The position numbers and the translations under genes are program-made. Of a stretch of DNA of 64,000 nucleotides, positions 36,707 to 47,200 are shown piece by piece (position 1 is the stretch's first letter; every line of letters starts with the position of its first letter). The notes under the pieces are model-generated. The model was not told where the DNA came from and did not search any database. It worked only from the letters and a program-made list of their open reading frames with translations. Where the stretch lies: positions 257,544 to 321,543 of the forward strand of contig CAWGAC010000018.1 in the NCBI GenBank assembly GCA_963820435.1, given 5' to 3'. This stretch comes from an uncultured Spirochaetota bacterium. Lineage in GTDB: Bacteria; Spirochaetota; Spirochaetia; SZUA-6; Fen-1364.

Positions 36707-38025
36707 CCTTCCAGGACGCGCCGGACGCTTTCACGCAGGAGATCCCGGGGGTCGGTTCCCAACCGGCTTTCACGCACGGCCGCATGGTGGAGCGGCAGGA
36801 ACTGGCTCAGGAGTGTCCCGGGAATCGCGATACGTCGCAGGTTGGCAAAGAGCCTCTCGACTGCCTCGACCACCTCAGGTTGGGTCCAATAATAACGGCT
36901 TCGATCGGAAAGGCTGTATTTCCGCGCCAGCCTTTTCTGAGACTCGCTGCCGACGTAGTAGTCCTTCCAATGCCGGGGTTCGGCAACCATGGCGCGCTCC
37001 AGCGTCTCTGACAGATCCGACTGCCGTGCATTGGCGGTCCCCTTCAACAGCTCCCCCTCGATGAGCTCCAGGCTGAAGAGGCACTCGCGCAGGGCAAAGG
37101 TGAGGGCCGGGCCTACTTTCAGAATCGCAACGCCGTCTTCAACGAGCTGTCTCAGGTGGAACACCGTCTGGTAGTCGGTGGAGTGACCCTCAAGGACGAT
37201 GCCCGGCAGCGCGCGCGCTGCTTCACAAAGCGGTGCGGCCATGGCCCTGTCGTACGCGCGCACCTCCTGGTCTCCGTATTCCACCCCCGGCTGTGTCACG
37301 ACGGCGCACACCCTCGTCCACGCATCCTGCAGGCCGCGATCATGAAAGGCCGCTTTACAAAGAGAGACGGATTCGCGCAGGTCCTCCACCCGCGTGGTGG
37401 GCAGCGGCATCGGGCCTTCCCGCTCTGCCGGCTCTGCCGCTGCCGAAATCCCTCCGGGAGCCGGGACCTCCGTGCCGATCACGTACACCGGCGGCGTGGC
37501 CCCGGGGTGCGCGCCCCGCGCCTCCTCGCGCGCGTCCTCCGCTGCCGCGGCCAGCTCGGCTTCCCGCCGCGCGACCAACCGGGGATCCAGCGCGCCGCGC
37601 TGATCGAGGGAATCTCCGCCCAGCGGCATGCTCGCATCGAGATGGATCTTCGTGAATCCCGCATGTATGCACGCCGCCACAAGGTCGCGCGCTTTCTTCA
37701 TCGCCGCCTCGGCGCGTTCGGACCTCCAGGGGTAAGGACCCAGGTGATCTCCGCCCATGATCAGCCGATCCCGAGGGAGCCCCATTTCCGCCGCAACCGC
37801 GCCGATGAAATCCCCCCAGGCCTTCGGAGTAAGGCCCGTATAGCCGCCGAACTGGTTTACCTGGTTGACGGTTGATTCGATCAGCGCGGGAAGCCCGTCC
37901 CGCAGGGCCTGGTCAAGGGCCGCCTCCACGACGACCCGGTGCGCGCTGCAGACGGAGCCGATGCCGCGCGCGGTGCCGCTTTTCTGGGACGCAACGAGCT
38001 CACGGAAGAAATCCTGCGCAGGCAA
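36679..38025 (-). CDS. GatZ/KbaZ/AgaZ-family protein (class II tagatose-bisphosphate aldolase accessory subunit / ketohexose-phosphate epimerase family), intact
   Basis: GIGSVCSAHRVVVEAAL..ESTVNQVNQFGGYTGLTP..GGDHLGP..KIHLDASM..YVIGTEVP..EGHSTDYQT..ILKVGPALTFALRE..YSLSDRSRYYW. The match to E. coli GatZ is close, from memory. Confidence 0.9.
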   Translation of the reverse strand: MPAQDFFRELVASQKSGTARGIGSVCSAHRVVVEAALDQALRDGLPALIESTVNQVNQFGGYTGLTPKAWGDFIGAVAAEMGLPRDRLIMGGDHLGPYPWRSERAEAAMKKARDLVAACIHAGFTKIHLDASMPLGGDSLDQRGALDPRLVARREAELAAAAEDAREEARGAHPGATPPVYVIGTEVPAPGGISAAAEPAEREGPMPLPTTRVEDLRESVSLCKAAFHDRGLQDAWTRVCAVVTQPGVEYGDQEVRAYDRAMAAPLCEAARALPGIVLEGHSTDYQTVFHLRQLVEDGVAILKVGPALTFALRECLFSLELIEGELLKGTANARQSDLSETLERAMVAEPRHWKDYYVGSESQKRLARKYSLSDRSRYYWTQPEVVEAVERLFANLRRIAIPGTLLSQFLPLHHAAVRESRLGTDPRDLLRESVRRVLEGYSAAARGE

Positions 38026-38026
38026 T

Positions 38027-38976
38027 TCACACCCTTTGCCGCATGAATGCCGCCACCGTGCGCGGGCTTATCCTGCCCTCCATGGGGCCGAATGCCTGCG
38101 CATTGAGGGCGCCCACCGCGGCGGCCATGCGCGCGGACTGTTCGAAGTCCCTGCCTTCGAGCTGGCCGCAGAGAAAACCCGCGTCAAAGCAGTCACCCGC
38201 GCCCGTCGGGTCCACTTCCCTGACGCGGAATGCCGGCACGTCGACGCGCCCCGCGGGCGTAAGCACCGCGCACCCCCTGCTTCCCCGTTTGAGCACGATG
38301 GCCTGCAGCGGATACCGGCCAAAGAGAGAGCGCGCACCCTCTTCCGCATCGTCGCTGCCGCTCAGCAGCGCGAGCTCTTCTCCCCGGGAAAAAGAACGGA
38401 TGCGCGGCGCAGCACCGGGCCGGCAATCTCCTCCACCGTCCGGTTGACCAGGAGCTCGAAGCGGATATTGGGATCGAAGGTGATCCGGGCCCCGTGCGCC
38501 GCGAACAGCTCCACGGCCTGAAACACGCGCTCGCGGAACGTGTCATTTGCCATGAGCGAGCATCCCATGACGTGCAGGAATTTCGCTCCCTCCACCGCGG
38601 AAGGGTCCGGCACGCCGGCCATCACGGCGGGGGTCCCGTCCCAGTGGAAGATGAACCTGCGCGAGCCGTCCTTGAAATACGTGACGAACGCCACACCGGT
38701 GGAGCGGTTGGGAAAGACCTCGATGAAGTCCGTGCGTACGCCGTCCGCGTTCAATCGCTGGAGAATACAGCGGCCGAAATCGTCCTCCCCCACTCCGCTC
38801 ACGATTGCCGCGGAATGCCCCAGGCGCGCCACGGTGTCGATGAAGATCCCGGGGGCACCGCTGGGGTACGGCCCAAGGAAAGTCCCCGTCTGCTCCAGGG
38901 TCATGCCCGGCTTCGGCCGCATCACCTCCACCAGGAGCTCCCCCATGATCCAGACGTCACTCGCCTGCGCCGCCAT
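38027..38976 (-). CDS. PfkB-family sugar(-phosphate) kinase, frame broken once near 38385
   Basis: The N-terminal part is ..IMGELLVEVM..GGAPGIF-like. After the break it reads EELALLSGSDDAEEGARSLF..VLKRGSRGCAVL.. with the anion hole/catalytic motif DPTGAGDCFDAGF. The start overlaps the stop of the upstream lipoyl-like gene. Confidence 0.85.
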
Positions 38977-39227
38977 CAGACCTGCTCTCCCTTCTCACCA
39001 AGCCACGCGATTGTCTCGCCGCAGGGGACGATCTGCTCGGGGTCGGCTTCGATCTTGAGAAGATACCCGTCGGCTTCCGCGACAACGTCGAGCTCGGAAA
39101 TGTCCGTTTCAATCCTCACGAGCACCTCTCCCTTCTTCACCTGCTCACCGACCTTCTTTTCCCAACTGAGAACCGTGCCTTCCGACATTGTCTGCCCGAC
39201 CCTGGGCATCGCGACCGGGATTGCCAT
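38976..39227 (-). CDS. stand-alone biotinyl/lipoyl-like domain protein lacking the modifiable lysine (83 aa)
   Basis: MAIPVAMPRVGQTMSEGTVLSWEKKVGEQVKKGEVLVRIETDISELDVVAEADGYLLKI.. The canonical E-T-D-K-A is E-T-D-I-S here. Confidence 0.75.
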   Translation of the reverse strand: MAIPVAMPRVGQTMSEGTVLSWEKKVGEQVKKGEVLVRIETDISELDVVAEADGYLLKIEADPEQIVPCGETIAWLGEKGEQV

Positions 39228-39343
39228 GGTACACCTCCCTGCCAATCGAGGAGCAATTCGTTTATGCCACGCTGAAGGATCTCTGTCCATCCACTCCTGC
39301 CCGCCGCGTGGCCATTCCGGCTCACACGGCGTATCTTTGCTCC

Positions 39344-39842
39344 ATGAGCATAGATTCGATCCTCGATTTCAGCCTGAAGGACACTCATGGAGTCGAAACT
39401 CCAATGCGAAAGTTCAAAGGGAAGGTCCTCCTGGTGGTCAATGTGGCGAGCAAGTGCGGGTTCACGCCGCAATATAAGAGCCTGCAGATCCTCTACGATC
39501 GATACAAGGACAAGGGGCTCGAGATCCTTGGTTTTCCCGCCAATAACTTTCTCCACCAGGAGCCGGGAAGCGATTCCGAGATCCGCGAGTTCTGCAGCAC
39601 GCATTACGGCGTCACTTTTCCCCTGTTCGCCAAGATTTCGGTGCGGGGCAGGGACATTCACCCGATGTACAAGTTTCTCACAGAGCCGGCCACCGAACCC
39701 GAAGTTCCCCGGGAAGATCGGCTGGAATTTCGCCAAGTTCCTCGTTGACCGCACGGGAGCGGTGATCGGACGGTTCGAGCCGAAAGTCGACCCGCTGGAC
39801 GGGCAGGTGACTTCCGCCATCGAGGAGGCGCTTGCCCGATAG
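39344..39842 (+). CDS. glutathione peroxidase (Cys-type), frame broken once near 39690
   Basis: VNVASKCGFTPQY, LGFPANNFLHQEPG, and after the shift PNPKFPGKIGWNFAKFLVDR. Confidence 0.9.
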
Positions 39843-39900
39843 CCGAGCGTGCCTTGTGGAACTATGGTGATTGAGCTACGGTACCCGCCGGACGGCAACC

Positions 39901-40887
39901 ATGGCGATCATCGAGGTCGATCGGCTCTCGCGGAGTTTCCGCTACTATGAGAAGCAGGAGGGACTGGGGGCATCTCTCAGGAACCTCGTCGCGCGCAGAA
40001 CGCTTGTCCGGGAGGCGGTGAAGGGAATCTCCTTTTCCATCGGTGAAGGAGAGGTGGTGGGATTCCTGGGACCGAACGGCGCCGGGAAAACCACGACCCT
40101 GAAAATGCTCGCGGGCATCATGCACCCCACCTCCGGAGCCGCACACGTCCTGGGGCACGTGCCGTGGCAGCGCAAGAAGGACCTCCGCATGCGGATCGCC
40201 ATCGTCATGGGCCAGAGAAGCCAGCTCTGGCCCGACCTGCCGGCCGTGGAATCCTTCGAGCTGAACCGCGCAATCTACGAGATCGAAAGGGCCGAATATT
40301 CCCGGGTGCTGGGCGAGCTGGTCGGGCTCTTCGACATCGGCGGCCTTCTGCCCGTCCAGGTGCGCCGGCTCTCGCTGGGTGAAAGGATGAAGCTGGAGAT
40401 CGTCGCGGCGCTCCTCCACAAACCGCGCGTGCTCTTCCTCGACGAGCCGACCATCGGCCTGGACCTTCTCTCGCAGCGCACCATACGCGACCTGGTCCGC
40501 ACCCTCAACCAGCGCTATCGCACAACGGTCATGCTCACCAGCCATTATCTCTCCGACATCGAGGACCTGTGCGCGCGCGTCATCCTCATCAACCGCGGCA
40601 CGATCGTCTATGACGGCCCTCTCACCGGGGTGAACGCCACCCTGGCAGAGCGCAAGATGGTGAAGCTTGTTTTCTCCGCGCCGGTCGCGCAGGACGTTCT
40701 CTCTCAATACGCCGGGTATCAGAGTCTGGACGGGCTGACGGCGTCCTTCGAAGTGGAGCGCAGCGAGGTGCGCGCCTTTTCCCGCAAAGTGCTCGACGAT
40801 CTGCCCGTCGTCGATCTGACCATCGAGGAAATTCCCCTCGAAGAAGGCATCGCGGCCCTGTATCGCGGCGAGCTGCCCCGTGGGTGA
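39901..40887 (+). CDS. ABC transporter ATP-binding protein (ABC-2 exporter type), intact
   Basis: Walker A GPNGAGKTTT, signature LSLGERMKLEIVAA and Walker B VLFLDEPTIGLD. Confidence 0.9.
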   Translation: MAIIEVDRLSRSFRYYEKQEGLGASLRNLVARRTLVREAVKGISFSIGEGEVVGFLGPNGAGKTTTLKMLAGIMHPTSGAAHVLGHVPWQRKKDLRMRIAIVMGQRSQLWPDLPAVESFELNRAIYEIERAEYSRVLGELVGLFDIGGLLPVQVRRLSLGERMKLEIVAALLHKPRVLFLDEPTIGLDLLSQRTIRDLVRTLNQRYRTTVMLTSHYLSDIEDLCARVILINRGTIVYDGPLTGVNATLAERKMVKLVFSAPVAQDVLSQYAGYQSLDGLTASFEVERSEVRAFSRKVLDDLPVVDLTIEEIPLEEGIAALYRGELPRG

Positions 40888-41692
40888 TGTCGCGGCCAAG
40901 TACGGCCGTTCCTTTTCGATCGGGCTGCGCGGCGCGCTCGAATACCGGCTCAATTTCGCCTTTTCCATCCTGAGCGCCGTTTCTCCCGTCGTCATCCAGA
41001 CCGCGCTCTGGACGAGCCTGTACTCTCCCGGCAGCGGCGAGACGCTTTTCGGCTTTACCTATGCGCAAATGATCGCCTATACGGTGGTGGCCAACCTCGT
41101 GTCGCGCCTGGTGCGGACGGGGTTCGAGTACGAGCTCAATACGGACATCAGGACAGGCGGGCTGGACCGCTACCTCGTCAAGCCGATAGGCTACTTCGGC
41201 TTCCGGCTGTTCGTGTTTCTCGGAACCAAATCGGCGCAGACGGGCCTCACTCTCGTGCTCCTGGCAATTGCCGCCTGGGTCCTGAACGCCGTGCTCGGTG
41301 TCCCGGTGAGCGTGACCGCCGCCCTCGCGTTCGCGGCAAGCCTGGTCGTCGCCTTTCTCCTCAACTTCCTCATCTTCTGGTGCGTCGGCATGGCGGGATT
41401 CTGGCTCACGGAAATCGGATTCCTCTTCGAGGCGGCCCGTATCGTCATCATCACGGCAAGCGGCGGCATTTTTCCGCTGGCCGTGTTCGGCCCCACCGCA
41501 CGGGCGGCGCTGGACATGCTGCCGTTTCGATTCACCATTCAATTCCCGACAGAGCTCCTGTGCGGGCGGATCCCCACGGGGCAGATTGCCGCCAATTTCG
41601 CGCTCTCATTCGTGTGGATAGGGGTCCTCACGGCGCTTGCCCGGGCGCTCTGGAGCGCAGGAATCAGGCGATTCGCGGCGGTAGGGAGCTGA
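40880..41692 (+). CDS. ABC-2 family transporter permease, intact
   Basis: 270 aa with 6 TM. A GTG start overlaps the ATPase stop. Confidence 0.75.
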   Translation: MGDVAAKYGRSFSIGLRGALEYRLNFAFSILSAVSPVVIQTALWTSLYSPGSGETLFGFTYAQMIAYTVVANLVSRLVRTGFEYELNTDIRTGGLDRYLVKPIGYFGFRLFVFLGTKSAQTGLTLVLLAIAAWVLNAVLGVPVSVTAALAFAASLVVAFLLNFLIFWCVGMAGFWLTEIGFLFEAARIVIITASGGIFPLAVFGPTARAALDMLPFRFTIQFPTELLCGRIPTGQIAANFALSFVWIGVLTALARALWSAGIRRFAAVGS

Positions 41693-41696
41693 GAGG

Positions 41697-42500
41697 ATGA
41701 TCAGGGAGATCATCAAGCACCTGAGAATCTACGCCATGCTCGTCCGGATGAACGTCATGAGCCAGATGGAGTATAGGGCCAACTTCGTGACCGGGATGTT
41801 GATGGAGCTGGGTTATCTGGTGGTAAAGATTCTCTACGTGCTCGTCGCCTTTCGCGCGGGGCGGCGGATCGCGGGCTTCTCTCCCGACGAGGTCCTTGTC
41901 TTTGTAGGCACGTTCGTCCTGGTCACTGGCTTCTACGCCGGCGTCTTCATGATGAACCTGTTCCAGCTTTCCACGCTGGTAAGAGACGGCTCATTCGACG
42001 CGCTGATGACCAAGCCGATATCTCTCCAGTTCCTGGCCACGTTCCGCCGGTCGGACATCGGCATTTTCCTCATCGACTCGGTGGCGGGCATTGTCATGGT
42101 GGCAATCGGCCTGGCGAGGATCGGGGGTTCCCTCGATGTGCCGCGCACAATGGGCTACGCCGTGTTCGTCGCCTCGGGGGCCGCGGTGGGCTATGCCTTG
42201 TACCTCATCCCGCAGTCCCTGGTCTTTCGCATCGTCAACACGTCATCCATCGCCGAGTTCACCGATTCCTTCTGGGATTTCAACAATGTCCCCATGATCG
42301 TCTACGGGAAGGTGGGCCGCGCCATCGGCGTTTTCGTCATCCCGATGTTCGTCATCACCAGCTTTCCCGCGCTCTTTGTCCTGGGAAGGATGACGGTTCC
42401 CTACATGATCTGGGGCCTGGCTGCCCCCTTCCTTTTCCTTGGCATTGCGCGGCTGTGCTGGCGCTCGGGTATCCGGCACTACACGAGCGCGGGCGGGTAG
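41697..42500 (+). CDS. ABC-2 family transporter permease (second subunit), intact
   Basis: 267 aa with 6 TM, paralogous in organisation to the preceding gene. Confidence 0.75.
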   Translation: MIREIIKHLRIYAMLVRMNVMSQMEYRANFVTGMLMELGYLVVKILYVLVAFRAGRRIAGFSPDEVLVFVGTFVLVTGFYAGVFMMNLFQLSTLVRDGSFDALMTKPISLQFLATFRRSDIGIFLIDSVAGIVMVAIGLARIGGSLDVPRTMGYAVFVASGAAVGYALYLIPQSLVFRIVNTSSIAEFTDSFWDFNNVPMIVYGKVGRAIGVFVIPMFVITSFPALFVLGRMTVPYMIWGLAAPFLFLGIARLCWRSGIRHYTSAGG

Positions 42501-42529
42501 AATCAGCGCGGTCCCAGAAGCGGGCGCCC

Positions 42530-42560
42530 GCTGCCCTGACAGGCGTCGCAGCTTAGGCAT
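42530..42560 (-). pseudogene. hicA: hicA toxin remnant (first ~10 codons only)
   Basis: The ATG overlaps the hicB end. MPKLRRLSGQ matches the HicA/YcfA N-terminal signature MPKLP.LSG. The reading frame then runs into the antisense of the ABC-2 permease stop region with no HicA-like sequence. Confidence 0.45.
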
Positions 42561-42780
42561 TCAAAGGGGCTAATTGCAGAGTCGTGAGCAGAGGTGATGT
42601 CAGCGAGATGCCCATTGATTCTGCATCCTCGCCATCAAGGTGAAGCTCCAGTGCTTCTCGAATGTTTATTAGCGCTGCATCGATTGTCGCGCCCTGCGAC
42701 ACGACGGGCAGATCAAGGCATTCCGCCACATATCCTGACTGCTCGCCTGGGAAAACCCGTATTTGAATGGCTCTCAGCAT
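42553..42780 (-). CDS. hicB: HicB-family antitoxin (short UPF0150-type)
   Basis: MLRAIQIRVFPGEQSGYVAECLDLPVVSQGATIDAALINIREALELHL.. is the typical HicB N-domain pattern. It lies in a locally lower-GC stretch. Confidence 0.7.
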   Translation of the reverse strand: MLRAIQIRVFPGEQSGYVAECLDLPVVSQGATIDAALINIREALELHLDGEDAESMGISLTSPLLTTLQLAPLNA

Positions 42781-42828
42781 CTTGCGCCTCACCAGGAAAG
42801 GTAGACCGACACTCCGCTGGGATCAAGC

Positions 42829-43384
42829 CTAAGAGGCCGGCGGTAGGAGAAAGGCTTTCCAAGTCATCACCTTTTCTCCCGCGGTTCTGTACTCCCGTGT
42901 CGGTATCGGGCTCGAGGAGGGGAGACGCGCGACGAGGACACCGCGACCCCTCAGCGTCTCCGGCCTCCACTCGATTTCTGATCCGATACCAAGATCCTTT
43001 CTCTTCTGCCCTGGGGCGAAGTGCCGGATGAACGACAAAGAAGCTCTCAGGCCATTGAGGGCAACGCGTTCGATTGATGGGTTTTCGATGATATAGTCAA
43101 TGAGAGGGTTCGGCCTCTCATTGCTGATGTCCTTGTCGAGGCTCCCCGGTCGTTCGCATGAAGCAAGCACGTCCCAGACTGCAATTCGGTAGCGTACGAG
43201 GAGAGCCAGCCTCGCCTGGTACTCCTCGGGGAAAGGTTCGCCGAGGAGCAGGCCCATGATATCCCAGAAATGGTTGTTCCCGTTGCCGTAGTACTGTCCC
43301 TTTTCGAGCGAGATTGCCGAAGGGAAGGAACCTGAGAATGAGGACGCGGGATTGAGCAGATCCGATTGGCGGCATGCCCTTCAT
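42829..43384 (-). CDS. DNA-deoxyinosine (hypoxanthine) glycosylase, UDG superfamily, frame broken once near 43337
   Basis: MKGMPPIGSAQSRVLIL|GSFPSAISLEKGQYYGNGNNHFWDIMG.. then ..VARLPSSSPIPTREY... An extra a in attctcAggttcc splits the GSFPS motif. Confidence 0.7.
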
Positions 43385-43460
43385 GAGGCAAATGGACTCC
43401 TCCGGCCGCGAACATGTCAAGGCCGAGTCAGCCGTTTGCCGTCTCGTGAGCGCCCCCGGC

Positions 43461-44544
43461 TCAGCGGTAGAGCTTTTTCAGCTTTCCAAGAATTCCCAGG
43501 TACTCCAGGCCTGTCACGGGCGCGTCCGGATTGAAGTGCACGCCGTCGGGCAGATCCATGACCTCGCGCTCTACCACGCCCAGCGCGGAGTCGAACCAGG
43601 CTGAGTCGACATCGAGGTCCGGCACGGGGCTCGTCGTGTACTTGAGCCGGTAGCGCGTGAGAAGCTTCGGGTCGTGCTCCGTTCGGGAAATGAGGCCCCA
43701 GAGGAAGAACGCCACGTTTTTGCGGAGGACGGGCGCGTCAGGGGACGCGGCCGGATCGAGAAGGAGTCCCGCCTCTTTCACGGCAGGGAGGAGCGCGCCG
43801 AACGAGGGTTTCTGGTCGGGACTGAGCGCGGCAAGGAAACGCGTCTCGGATGAGGCGCGTTCGATCATTCCCCGAAGCGTGAGCCGGGGCTCGAGCGATC
43901 CGGACTGATCGGTGACGGCGCCTGCCCCTCCGTCCCGGGCCGCCTGCATGAGGGAGAAAGCGCGGTCTCGATCCTTCCCGTACAAGGCCTGGAAGCGGGT
44001 GTTCCAGCCCGCGCAGGCCTTCATCGAGGTCCTGCGCTGCCTCTGCGTACCTGCCCGCCTTGAGGAGCTCCTCCCCGCGCTCGCACCGCAGCCGCGATTT
44101 TTCGTCAGCCCTCGCGACGCCCGCATCCATCAGGGACAGACGCGCCGCGGGATCCGGCTCGAGGGCCGCGCGCACGATCCACACCCCCTCCTCCGCGTCC
44201 GAGAGCGCGGCCGCGCTGTCCGCGGATCTCCTGGCTGCGGAAAGGTCGCGGGCCATGAGCGCCGCTTCCGCCTTGAGCGCTTCCACCCGGGCCCGCAGCC
44301 TTCGATTCAGCCCCGGCTGCGCGGCCGCGCCCTCCAGGTCCGCGCGCACCGCGGCGAGGCCTGCGGCATCGGGTGTGAGCCGGAGCTCGAGCAGCCGGGC
44401 GTCGAACATGTCCAGCGCGGCGATCTGCTCCGCGCCGGCGCTCTGCCCCACCTGGTCGGGCGGCACGGTCCGGCAGGATGCCGCCGCAAGGAGAATCGCG
44501 GCCGCGCAGGCAAGGCGCCGCGCACAACGGAGCCGCGCCGTCAT
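43461..44544 (-). CDS. putative lipoprotein, hypothetical; frame broken once near 44010
   Basis: Lipobox ILLAAASC and an Ala/Arg-rich helical N-terminal half. The C-terminal half is in ORF 43461..44126 (..DGVHFNPDAPVTGLEYLGIL.., faintly SLH-like). The start overlaps the upstream stop (ATGA). Confidence 0.55.
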
Positions 44545-47200
44545 TTCCGCCCCCTGCCCGCCGCATACGCGTAGATCTTTCCGTCGAGGCCTGCCGTGAG
44601 CACATCCAATCTCCCGTCACGATCAAGATCGACGAGCTGCGGTCGGGACACTCCCTTGAGGGGAAATCCGGGCAGGGGGCGGAAGGCGGCATCATAGCCC
44701 GCTACAAACGCTCCCGAGCCGTAGAGGAGGATCTCTTCACGGCCGTCCCCGGCCAGGTCCGCAATGAGAATGCGGGCGTCCTTCCCGTCCAGGTCGGGAA
44801 TGCTCGTCTGCCTGAGCACGGTTCCGTCCAGGCCCACCTGCCTCAGCACGCCGTCCTGCGCCAGAGTTGACCAGCACGGGACGGCCGTCAACGCTCATCG
44901 TTCCGGGCGTGGCGTAGAAGACGCCCGGCAGGGTGATGGGAAATGGCGGGACCGGCTTGCCGGACAGGTCCCACACGTGCAGCGTTCCGGCCTGCGTGAG
45001 GAACGTGACGACAAACGATTGTCCCGACGCGACAATCCGCGGCGCGCAATAGGATATTCCCGCCGCCTGCACCGGCCATCCGGGAGCTTCCGCGCCCTTG
45101 AGATCGCTCAGGTGCACCCAGGCATCGAAGCTCTTCGGGTAGAACGCGGTCCTGCCCGCCAGGAAATCAGGCGGCGCGAACAGCGGCGCTTCCAGCCGCT
45201 GAGAGAGGGCGCCCCGGGAGCCGTCGGGTCCTACGAGCACGAGCGCGGATTCGGTCTTCGAGAAAAGCGCGAGCTTCCCATCGATCATCGCGGGGGGCAT
45301 GGGGCTCACGATTCCGGTTGCGAGGGGGAACGGGGCAAGGGAAAGGAGCTTTGCGCCGAACCGCCAGATCGTTCCGCCGGGAGACACGGCCCAGATGGCG
45401 GCAAGAGTGCCGGGCCTGACCTGCTCCGGAACCAGCACCGAGTCCGGCTCGAGCTTCGCCTCGGCAATCTGGGCTCCTGTCGGGTCCGCGAGAACGAGGA
45501 CTGACCTGTCACGGATCCATGCAAGCGTCAGGGAACTGGAATCGGCGAAGCGAAAGGCCAGGACGTCCCCCGAGACGACGCCCGACGGCGCGAGCGGGAA
45601 ACCGGGAAGAAGCTTTGCGCCGCCGCCGGCCACCCGTGCCGCGGCCAGGGAGACGCGCACGTCAGCAGGCGTGGCGCGGATGGCGACGACGCCGTTCGCG
45701 TACAGCCGAAGAATGTCGGCGAGCAGGCCCGAGCCCCTGATGAAAAACGGCTCGCTCCGCGATACATCGTACCAGGCAAGGAAGCTGGAATCGGCGGGGA
45801 TCCGCTCCGCCAGGCGCGCGTACAGACTGGTTTGGGCAAGGTTGTCGCCCGTGTCCGCGGCCTTCACCACCGCCGCCAGATTCTGCGCATCCAGGGAAAC
45901 AAATATGTAGTTGTCACGGACAAGGAAGTACGGCTCGGGCACATTCACACCGAGCGCATCCAGTATCAGGCCCACATACCAGGGTAGGGAGAGCTTGTCG
46001 ATGCGCACGCCATCCAGCACGAGTGAGCTGTCCTTGCCCGCCACGATCGAGCGTGGTGAGCTTGCCGAGGGCGCGCGTGCACGCCTGGGAATCGGTGATC
46101 TTCGCGAAGAATACCGCTTCCGCCGAGCCCGGCTGCATGAAGGCGCCCACCTCCGCGCCCACCCAGGAGAAAAGAAGCTCGTCGATGCCGGCGCCGAGCA
46201 CGGTACGGGCACCGGAGTCGGCCCGTGCGTAGACGTCCTGGACGTCTTTGCCCTGGAAGGCGGCAGCCAGCCTGTAGAGATCCGCAAGCGGCGCGATGTT
46301 GGAAACGGTCAGAAGCTGGGCTGAAGAGGGAACATAACGCAGGACGCCGATCGGCGCGGGGGCGGCGGCGAGGATCTTCGACAGCTCCGGCAGGGAAACC
46401 GAAACGGGAAGCGCGACGCCGAGCTGCAGGCGCGTGTTGCTGAGCTGCACGTCCAGCATGGTCTGGCCGGGGATCTCCACCGCGTCGAGCACCTTTGCAC
46501 CAAGGGGAGTGGCGCCGAGAAGATCCGCCCCGATTCCCTGTGTGTCCACAAGGACCCGCACCGCGGTGCTGCTGCGAAGGCGGATGCGGTCCAGCAGCTC
46601 GCGGCTGGCCCTGGCCGCAAGGCCCGTATGAGAGGCGCGCCGCGCCAGGGCCTCCTTCACCGTGTCGGCGTCGATGGACACGATGACCACATTGCCGGCC
46701 AGCGCGGCATGAATGGTCGTGGCGCCGGCCGTGTAGCGATACATCGGGAGCCCGGCGTCATTAAGGAAGCTGAATCCCTTGACCCTGAGCAGCGGTCCCA
46801 CGAAGCGCGCAAGAGGCGTCAGGATGCCCCGCCATCCGATATCGAGCACGGCGAGGAATTTCCCGTCCGGGAGGAGCATGACGTCGGCGCGCACGTCGAG
46901 CAGCGTGCGCAGGACCGGAGCGCGCGTCAGCGCAAGACCGCGCGCGTCCGTGAGGACGCCGTGATAAGGCGCGAGCTCGGGGCGCGCCAGGACGACATCC
47001 GCTGCCTCGAGAGTGAGCCATTGGTCGTAGATGCCCCGAAGGGAGGGAACCTGGACATACGCGACGTAGCGGTCGGGGAGGAATGAGGTCGGGTCTTCGC
47101 GCCGCACGAGCCAGGTCACGACCAGGACCACCGCCCCGAGGACGCAGACGGCAAGGATGCCCAGTAACGCGGTGAGAACGCCCCTGAGGACTCTCTTCAA
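44541..47200 (-). CDS. large (~885 aa) N-terminally membrane-anchored protein with C-terminal FG-GAP/VCBS-like repeats; frame broken about twice
   Basis: A TTG start overlaps the htpG stop (TTGA). The anchor is LKRVLRGVLTALLGILAVCVLGAVVLVVTWLV. The C-terminus carries ..IPDLDGKDARILIADLAGDGREEILLYG.. and ..LVDLDRDGRLDVLTAG... The shifts are near 46045 and 44880. Confidence 0.55.
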
